Below, piece after piece: positions 57,701-64,000 of a stretch of DNA of 64,000 nucleotides; the first letter of the stretch is position 1, and each line of letters begins with the position of its first letter. Origin of the DNA: an uncultured Rhodospirillales bacterium (GTDB lineage: Bacteria; Pseudomonadota; Alphaproteobacteria; CAAGCB01; CAG-977); contig CACYSU010000005.1 of the NCBI GenBank assembly GCA_902777205.1, positions 9,362-73,361 on the forward strand, written 5' to 3'. Below the pieces are notes generated by a model that saw only the letters and a program-made list of their open reading frames with translations, had not been told where the DNA came from and ran no database searches. Made by a program: the position numbers and the translations under genes.

Positions 57701-58597
57701 TTAATCCTGTCCGTCGGCGAACGGCTGCGCCAGATAGGCCAGCCGCACGGTTTCGCGCCGGTTTTTCAGCTGGCCGTCGCGCAAAACGGCGCAGAACAGG
57801 AAAAACCAGAATCCGCAGAACAGCCACAATCCGGCGGGAAAAGCGATGTCCGGCATCAAAAATTCAAGGACGAACGTCGCGGCCAGCGATAAAAACGCCA
57901 GCGTGCCGTAAAACAGGGCGGGGCGTTCCGACATGATCAGGCGGGCGATCATCCACGCGATTTTGAATCCGTCTTTGAACGTGGACAGTTTGCGGAACGA
58001 TCCGGCCGGACGGGCGAAATAGTCGGTTTCGATTTCGGAGAACGGCAGGTTGTTCATCGCGGTGAAAACGTTCAGCTCCGTTTCGATTTCAAACCCGTTC
58101 GACCGCGCGGAAAACGTTTTGACGTAGCGTTTGGAAAAAACGCGCAGCCCCGACAGCATATCCGTTTGCCGGATGCCGAACAGGAAACGCACCAGCCCCG
58201 TCAGAAAAGCGTTGCCGAATCGGTGGAACAGGGGATAGGCGGCCTGTTCCGTTTCCCGACGCGTGCCGACGACCATGTCCTTTCGCCCTTTGACCAGCGC
58301 GTCAATCAGGCGCGGGGCGGCGGTCAGGTCGTAAGTCATATCCCCGTCCGTCATGACATATATGTCCGCGTCGATGTCCGCGAACATCCGGCGCACGACG
58401 CTGCCCTTTCCCTGCTGCGGGACGGCGCGCACGATCGCCCCCGCCCGCGCGGCCAGTTCGGCCGTTTTGTCCGTCGAGTTGTTGTCGTAAACGTAAACGG
58501 CGGCGTCAGGCAAAGCCTTGCGCGCCATGGCGACGACATCCGCGACGGTGGCTTCTTCGTTGTAACAGGGGATCAGCACGGCGGTGCGCAGGGACAT
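57701..58597 (-). CDS. GT2-family polyprenyl-phosphate glycosyltransferase (GtrB/ArnC/Dpm1-like)
   Basis: The real start is MSLRTAVLIPCYNEE at 58597, with AAGGAG 7 nt upstream. DxD is in YVMTDGD, and two C-terminal TM helices are present. The ORF-track start at 58624 is an extension. Confidence 0.8.
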   Translation of the reverse strand: MSLRTAVLIPCYNEEATVADVVAMARKALPDAAVYVYDNNSTDKTAELAARAGAIVRAVPQQGKGSVVRRMFADIDADIYVMTDGDMTYDLTAAPRLIDALVKGRKDMVVGTRRETEQAAYPLFHRFGNAFLTGLVRFLFGIRQTDMLSGLRVFSKRYVKTFSARSNGFEIETELNVFTAMNNLPFSEIETDYFARPAGSFRKLSTFKDGFKIAWMIARLIMSERPALFYGTLAFLSLAATFVLEFLMPDIAFPAGLWLFCGFWFFLFCAVLRDGQLKNRRETVRLAYLAQPFADGQD

Positions 58598-58852
58598 GGA
58601 CGACTCCTTATATAATGTTTTCACTGCGCGCCAGTATAAATGATCGCGATGCGGAAAGAAACTTTTTTCCGTTTCGCCGGATTTCGCGCGGACGGCGCGA
58701 TTTCAAAGGGCACGCAGGTGGGTAAAATGATACCAACTTTATAACGCGTTGAATTTCATTGATTTTTTTGTGATAAAAAATGTTGACTTATTCCGGCGGG
58801 CGTTATACCTTAACCGCAGTTTTTAAACTGTAATTGTAAGGAACAAAACTAA

Positions 58853-59314
58853 ATGCAGACCTTATCCGTTAAGCCGTCTGAAGTCCAAAAGAAATGGTAT
58901 CTGATTGATGCCGAAGATTTGGTCTTGGGACGTTTGGCCAGCATTGTCGCCAAGATTTTGCGCGGCAAGCACAAAACCTGTTTCACTCCGCACGTTGATT
59001 GCGGCGATTGCGTCGTCATCATCAACGCCGAAAAAGTGCATCTGACCGGCAAAAAGCTGGAAGACAAGGTGTACTATCGCCACACCGGTCATCCGGGCGG
59101 CATCAAGAGCGTCACGGCCGGAAAAGTCATCGCGGGCGAACATCCCGAACGCGTGATCATCAAAGCCGTCGAACGCATGATCACCCGCAACCCGTTGGGC
59201 CGCAAACAGATGACGAACCTGCGCGTTTACGCCGGCGCCGAACACCCGCACGCTGCCCAGAACCCCGAAGTTCTGGATGTCGCCGCTTTGAACCCGAAGA
59301 ATAAGAGGAAATAA
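58853..59314 (+). CDS. rplM: 50S ribosomal protein L13
   Basis: [30 protein letters not shown]...; 153 aa. Confidence 0.95.
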   Translation: MQTLSVKPSEVQKKWYLIDAEDLVLGRLASIVAKILRGKHKTCFTPHVDCGDCVVIINAEKVHLTGKKLEDKVYYRHTGHPGGIKSVTAGKVIAGEHPERVIIKAVERMITRNPLGRKQMTNLRVYAGAEHPHAAQNPEVLDVAALNPKNKRK

Positions 59315-59317
59315 TCC

Positions 59318-59800
59318 ATGGCTGGCTTAGAAGATCTGAAAAAAGAAATGGCCGCGACGGCCGCGGCTCCCGCTGCCGAAACGGTTGTCGTTCGTGAACC
59401 GAAAAAAGACAAATTCGGCCGCGCTTATGCGACCGGCCGCCGCAAGGACGCCAGCGCCCGCGTTTGGATCAAAATGGGATCCGGCAAAATGACGATCAAC
59501 GGCGTGGACGTTGAAAAATATTTCTCCCGTCCCGTTTTGCGCATGATCATCAACCAGCCGTTTGAAGTGACGAACCGCGTCGGCCAGTTCGATGTCGTCG
59601 TTACGGTCACGGGCGGCGGTTTGTCCGGTCAGGCCGGCGCCGTCCGTCACGGGTTGAGCCGCTGCTTGGACAATTTTGAACCGGAATTGCACACCGCGTT
59701 GAAACGCGCCGGTTTCCTGACCCGCGATCCGCGTGTCGTTGAACGTAAAAAATACGGCAAAGCGAAAGCCCGCCGCAGTTACCAGTTCTCGAAACGTTAA
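59318..59800 (+). CDS. rpsI: 30S ribosomal protein S9
   Basis: [12 protein letters not shown]...[17 protein letters not shown]...[11 protein letters not shown]; 160 aa. Confidence 0.95.
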   Translation: MAGLEDLKKEMAATAAAPAAETVVVREPKKDKFGRAYATGRRKDASARVWIKMGSGKMTINGVDVEKYFSRPVLRMIINQPFEVTNRVGQFDVVVTVTGGGLSGQAGAVRHGLSRCLDNFEPELHTALKRAGFLTRDPRVVERKKYGKAKARRSYQFSKR

Positions 59801-59823
59801 TCGAACGGTGTTTACAAAAAAAA

Positions 59824-59856
59824 CGGGTCGCAAGAAATTGCGGCCCGTTTCCGTTT
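59824..59856. terminator. Rho-independent terminator after rpsI (bidirectional with elbB)
   Basis: A 10-bp stem, CGGGTCGCAA-gaaa-TTGCGGCCCG, with a GNRA loop, followed by TTTCCGTTTC. Confidence 0.6.
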
Positions 59857-59868
59857 CGGCGGAACTTT

Positions 59869-60525
59869 TTATTCCGATAACATGGCCATCAGGTCGCGCA
59901 CGGCGGCGGACGTGCTTTGCGCGACGCCTTTCAGTGTTTTATCCAGCATATAGCATGGCGTTGAGATGATTTTGTTTTTGCGGTCAACGCACACCTGTGC
60001 GGCGGAACAGATTTCCGGAACGCCGCCCATGGCTTTGATTGCCATGGATGTTTCGGGGTCGTTGCCGATCGTGACGGTGACGCCTTTTAACACACGGGCG
60101 ATCAAAACGGGGGCGATACATAGGGCGACGATCGGTTTTTTCGCCGCGTGCATTTCCCGAATCACGCGTTCAACGTCGGGATTGACGGAACAGTCTTTGC
60201 CTTTGCGCGCGAAATCGCACAAGTTTAAAATGACGCCCATTCCCCCCGGAAACAGGATGGCGTCGTAAGCATCGGCTTTGAACAACCGCAACAGGGAAAT
60301 GTCGCCGCGCGCGATGCGGGCGGATTCGGCGGGCATTTTCCGGATTTCATTGACGGGTTGTTTCGTCGCGTGGTTCATTACGACGGTTTGTTCGCCTTCG
60401 GGCGCAAAACAACGGTAGATTCCGCCCTGCTGTTCAATCGCCAGCATGGCGGTGACCGCTTCGTGAATTTCGGAACCGTCCATGACGCCGCATCCGGACA
60501 GGACGACCGCTATTTTTTTAACCAT
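59869..60525 (-). CDS. elbB: DJ-1/PfpI-family isoprenoid biosynthesis protein ElbB (glyoxalase-like)
   Basis: The real start is MVKKIAVVLSGCGVMDGSEIHEAV, the ES1/ElbB class I glutamine-amidotransferase-like fold. The ORF-track 5' extension to 60663 is unlikely to be real. Confidence 0.8.
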   Translation of the reverse strand: MVKKIAVVLSGCGVMDGSEIHEAVTAMLAIEQQGGIYRCFAPEGEQTVVMNHATKQPVNEIRKMPAESARIARGDISLLRLFKADAYDAILFPGGMGVILNLCDFARKGKDCSVNPDVERVIREMHAAKKPIVALCIAPVLIARVLKGVTVTIGNDPETSMAIKAMGGVPEICSAAQVCVDRKNKIISTPCYMLDKTLKGVAQSTSAAVRDLMAMLSE

Positions 60526-60578
60526 GTGTATCTCCTCACACCTGTGAAAATCTTTGATGTTGTAATTATACAGATAAG

Positions 60579-60594
60579 TTGTATTTATATACAA
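60579..60594. promoter_or_regulatory. Inverted repeat TTGTAT-N4-ATACAA in the elbB/thrC divergent promoter region
   Basis: TTGTATttatATACAA sits in an AT-rich 80-bp intergenic region and is a candidate operator. Confidence 0.25.
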
Positions 60595-60607
60595 CAATGT
60601 AAAGCAT

Positions 60608-62020
60608 ATGGTAACGGAGAGTCCTTTGAAATACGTCAGCACGCGGGGAAAGTCGCCCGCCATCGGTTTTGAAAATGTTTTGCTGGCCGGATTGGCGCCG
60701 GACGGCGGGTTGTATGTGCCGGAAAGCTATCCGGTTTTCACGCCGGAACAAATGCGCGAAATGCGGTCGCTGGACTATGCCGGATTGGCGGCGAAAGTGA
60801 TGGCGCCGTTTACGGCCGGATGTCTGAGCGAACAGGATCTGCTGGAAATCGCGCGGGACGCTTACAGTTCGTTTTCGCACGCGGCGGTCGCTCCGTTGAA
60901 ACAGACGGCGGACGCGCTGTGGGTGATGGAGCTGTTCTACGGGCCGACGCTGGCGTTCAAGGATTACGCGCTGCAGGTCGTCGGGCGGATGTTCGACAAG
61001 GTTTTGAAACGCACGGGCGAACGGATCACGATCGTCGGCGCGACCTCCGGCGACACGGGTTCCGCGGCGATCGAAGCGTGCAAGGGATGCGACAATCTGG
61101 ACATTTTCATTTTGCACCCGCACAACCGCGTGTCCGAAGTCCAGCGCCGCCAGATGACGACGACGATCGCGCCCAATGTTTTCAACATCGCGCTGGAAGG
61201 CACGTTCGACGATTGCCAGTCGATCGTCAAAACGCTGTTTTCGGACGAGGAATTCCGTTCCAAATACCACTTGTCCGCCGTCAATTCGATCAACTGGGCG
61301 CGGATTATGGCGCAGGTCGTTTACTATTTCCGCGCCGCGCTGGCGTTGGGCGCGCCCGACCGCGAACTGTCGTTCGCCGTTCCGACGGGGAATTTCGGCA
61401 ACATTTTCGCGGGCTACGTCGCCAAACGCATGGGCTTGCCCGTCAAGCGGCTGGTTCTGGGATCGAACGAAAACGACATTCTGCCGCGGTTTTTGGAAAC
61501 GGGCGTGATGGAAAAACGCGAAGTCCGCCCGTCGATCAGCCCGTCCATGGACATTCAGGTGTCCTCGAATTTCGAGCGTCTGCTGTTTGAAATGCTGGAT
61601 CGCAACGCGGAAGAGGTGTCGCACCTGATGGAAACGTTCAAATACGAAAAAAGCTATCAGGTTCCCGCCGCGACGCTGGAAAAGATCAAACAGGTGTTCG
61701 CGGGCGTCCGTTGTTCCGACGCGGAAACGAAATCGGAAATCGGCCGCGTGTATGCGATGTGCGGCGAAATCGTCGATCCCCATTCCGCGATCGGTTTCGC
61801 GGCGGCGGAAAAGTTCGGGGAAAAGGAAGTGCCAACCGTCGTTTTGGCGACGGCGCATCCGTCGAAATTCCCCGTTCCCGTGCGCGAAGCGACGGGGATA
61901 ACGCCCGCTTTGCCGTCCCGACTGTCCGATTTGATGACGCGTCGGGAAAATTTCACGGTGCTGCCCAATACGCGGGAAGCGATCAAATACTATATCGAAA
62001 CGACCGGAAGAAAAGGATAA
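60608..62020 (+). CDS. thrC: Threonine synthase
   Basis: LKYVSTRG N-terminus and the FKD PLP-lysine block (PTLAFKDYALQ). The true start may be the TTG at 60626 (MKYVSTRG), which has GGAG 6 nt upstream. Confidence 0.9.
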   Translation: MVTESPLKYVSTRGKSPAIGFENVLLAGLAPDGGLYVPESYPVFTPEQMREMRSLDYAGLAAKVMAPFTAGCLSEQDLLEIARDAYSSFSHAAVAPLKQTADALWVMELFYGPTLAFKDYALQVVGRMFDKVLKRTGERITIVGATSGDTGSAAIEACKGCDNLDIFILHPHNRVSEVQRRQMTTTIAPNVFNIALEGTFDDCQSIVKTLFSDEEFRSKYHLSAVNSINWARIMAQVVYYFRAALALGAPDRELSFAVPTGNFGNIFAGYVAKRMGLPVKRLVLGSNENDILPRFLETGVMEKREVRPSISPSMDIQVSSNFERLLFEMLDRNAEEVSHLMETFKYEKSYQVPAATLEKIKQVFAGVRCSDAETKSEIGRVYAMCGEIVDPHSAIGFAAAEKFGEKEVPTVVLATAHPSKFPVPVREATGITPALPSRLSDLMTRRENFTVLPNTREAIKYYIETTGRKG

Positions 62021-62025
62021 TTCCC

Positions 62026-63282
62026 ATGACCGCGGAAATGACGGTTTTGAAAAACGGAATGCGCGTCGTTACCGACACGATGAACGAACTGGACACGGTG
62101 TCGCTGGGCGTGTGGGTCGGTGTCGGTTCCATGTTCGAACCGGCGGAAATCAACGGCATATCGCATTTGCTGGAACACATGGTGTTCAAGGGGACGACCA
62201 CACGTTCCGCCCGCCAAATCGCCGAGGAAATCGAAAACGTCGGCGGGTACATCAACGCCTGCACGTCGCGCGAAACAACGTCCTTTTATATCAAAGTGCT
62301 GAAAGAGGACACAGCTTTGGCGTTTGACATTCTGGCGGATATGCTGCGCCGTTCCACCTTCGATCCGGAGGAGTTCGGCCGTGAAAAGACGGTCGTCCTG
62401 CAGGAAATCAGCCAGTCGATCGACACGCCGGACGATATCGTTTTCGATTATTTCCAAGCGCGCGCCTTTCCCGACCAGCCGGTCGGCCGCCCCGTTCTGG
62501 GCAGCGTCGAAACCGTGACGGGCGTGGATCGCAAAACGCTGGATTCGTATCTGAAAACGAACTACACGCCCAAACGGATGGTCGCGGCCGCCAGCGGCAA
62601 GATCAACCACGCGGATTTCGTGCGTTTGGTGGAACGGGCGTTCGGCGATTTGACCGACAAGCAGGGGCTGGACGCGCCCGCGGCCGTATATGCCGGCGGC
62701 GAACACCGCGAAGTCAAAGCGTTGGAGCAAGTCAATCTGGTGCTGGGTTTCCCCGGCGTTTCCGTGACGGGCGACGATTATTACACCGCGCACGTCCTGT
62801 CCACGATTTTGGGCGGCGGGATGTCTTCGCGCCTGTTTCAGGAGATTCGCGAAAAACGCGGGCTGGTGTATTCCGTGTATTCGTTCAACGCGGCGGCGAC
62901 GAACGGCGGGCTGTTCGGCATTTACGCCGGAACGGGCGAGGAAGAGGCCGCCGAGCTGATGCCGGCCGTGTGCGACGAGATTGTAAAAGTGCGCGAATCC
63001 GTGACCGAGGACGAATTCCTGCGCGCCAAGGCGCAGCTGAAATCCGGCGTTTTGATGGCGTTGGAGCATCCGACGGCGCGTTCGGAACAAAACGCGGGGC
63101 ATTTGCTGACGTTCGGGCGTCTGTTGTCCAAAGAGGAGATTTTGCAGAAAATCGCCGACACGACCATGGACGGCGTCGTTGCGCTGGCGAACAAAATCTT
63201 TGCGCAAAAACCGACGCTGGCCGGTTTGGGGCCCGTCAAACACGTCATGGATTACGACAAGGTGGTCGAACGTTTGAAATAA
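62026..63282 (+). CDS. M16-family zinc peptidase (insulinase/MPP-like)
   Basis: The real start is MTAEMTVLKNG at 62026 (AAGGA RBS). HLLEHMVFKGT is an inverted HxxEH zinc motif. About 418 aa. The ORF-track start at 61711 is an extension. Confidence 0.85.
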   Translation: MTAEMTVLKNGMRVVTDTMNELDTVSLGVWVGVGSMFEPAEINGISHLLEHMVFKGTTTRSARQIAEEIENVGGYINACTSRETTSFYIKVLKEDTALAFDILADMLRRSTFDPEEFGREKTVVLQEISQSIDTPDDIVFDYFQARAFPDQPVGRPVLGSVETVTGVDRKTLDSYLKTNYTPKRMVAAASGKINHADFVRLVERAFGDLTDKQGLDAPAAVYAGGEHREVKALEQVNLVLGFPGVSVTGDDYYTAHVLSTILGGGMSSRLFQEIREKRGLVYSVYSFNAAATNGGLFGIYAGTGEEEAAELMPAVCDEIVKVRESVTEDEFLRAKAQLKSGVLMALEHPTARSEQNAGHLLTFGRLLSKEEILQKIADTTMDGVVALANKIFAQKPTLAGLGPVKHVMDYDKVVERLK

Positions 63283-63292
63283 GGGGGACGCC

Positions 63293-63475
63293 GTGGAAAA
63301 GGACGACGAAATCCTGCTGCAGCTGTTCGCGGTCGGCAACGCGCTGAAAGTCACCGCCGTGCACGCCGCCACGGGGACGGAGGTCAGCTTTATGGCGCCG
63401 AAAAACACGCCGATGCTGTCGATTAAAATGATGGCGCGCAAAAAGCTGGAGTACGTTTTAAGCAAAAAGGCTTAG
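63293..63475 (+). CDS. Hypothetical small protein
   Basis: 60 aa with a GTG start preceded by AAGGGGGA. It has no internal stop. This is weak support. Confidence 0.35.
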   Translation: MEKDDEILLQLFAVGNALKVTAVHAATGTEVSFMAPKNTPMLSIKMMARKKLEYVLSKKA

Positions 63476-63529
63476 CAAATCCCGCCGGTGTGTGCTAAAA
63501 AATAAAAAATTTTCAGAAAGGATTGAAAG

Positions 63530-63970
63530 ATGTCTAAAGTTATCGCTCTGGCGTCGGATCACGGCGGCTTTGAATTGAAAAACGAACTGGTCGAAAAATT
63601 GAAAAAGGACGGCTACGACGTTCTGGATCTGGGGACGCACACGAAAGATTCCGTCGATTATCCGGATATCGCCGCATTGATGGCGGACGCGATCAAAACG
63701 GGCAAGGCCGAACGCGGCATCCTGCTGTGCGGCACGGGCATCGGCATCAGCATCGCCGCCAACCGCTTTCCGTTCATCCGCGCCGCGCTGGTGCACGACG
63801 CTTTCGGCGCGCGCTTGTGCCGTCAGCACAACAACGCCAACGTGTTGGTGATGGGCGGACGCAACACGGGCGTCGAAGTCGCTTTTGAATGTGCCGACAT
63901 TTTCCTGAACACCGAATTTTTGGGCGGACGCCACGAACGCCGCGTCGAAAAACTGTCCCATATGTGCTGA
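63530..63970 (+). CDS. rpiB: Ribose-5-phosphate isomerase B
   Basis: MSKVIALASDHGGFELK...LLCGTGIGISIAANR; 146 aa. Confidence 0.9.
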   Translation: MSKVIALASDHGGFELKNELVEKLKKDGYDVLDLGTHTKDSVDYPDIAALMADAIKTGKAERGILLCGTGIGISIAANRFPFIRAALVHDAFGARLCRQHNNANVLVMGGRNTGVEVAFECADIFLNTEFLGGRHERRVEKLSHMC

Positions 63971-64000
63971 AAGGATTGAAATGACGAATCCGTTTTTTAC

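Overview
This 64 kb window is a high-GC (~60%) chromosomal segment that looks alphaproteobacterial: it carries a DUF2155 gene next to MlaD-like genes and the yqeY-dnaG-rpoD arrangement. It is densely packed with housekeeping genes: uvrA, tldD/pmbA, tyrA-pheA, apt, rsmE, rnhA, mazG, prfC, rpmG, a ctpA-rnr-topA-dprA-plsY-dusA run, a nucleoside hydrolase, greA, rplM-rpsI, thrC and rpiB. I found no transposase or integrase gene and nothing that looks like a tRNA, rRNA or CRISPR array.

The most unusual feature is a tightly coupled seven-gene minus-strand operon at 10262-17267. It encodes the complete nickel-pincer-nucleotide cofactor pathway (larB-larC-larE) but no LarA-type enzyme. In its place sit a Tat-exported aldo/keto-reductase-ferredoxin fusion, a NapH/MauN/CcoG-like membrane polyferredoxin, a putative NicO-like Ni/Co transporter and a membrane metallophosphoesterase.

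Other points worth a second look:
- Two divergent HAD-hydrolase paralogs with long C-terminal extensions (4005-4994 and 32005-33039).
- An orphan motA-motB pair with no flagellar neighbours.
- A cNMP-binding/TPR protein whose 3' end overlaps an isolated prepilin peptidase gene.
- A His/Cys-rich small protein translationally coupled to rsmE.
- A secreted ankyrin-repeat protein.
- A DUF3800 gene beside a coiled-coil membrane protein and a GT2 polyprenyl-phosphate glycosyltransferase.
- A large GT-C membrane glycosyltransferase.
- Tandem MlaD-like paralogs.

Coordinates near 29.95-30.01 kb may be off by one: the ORF-track translations imply a T6 run where I read T7.
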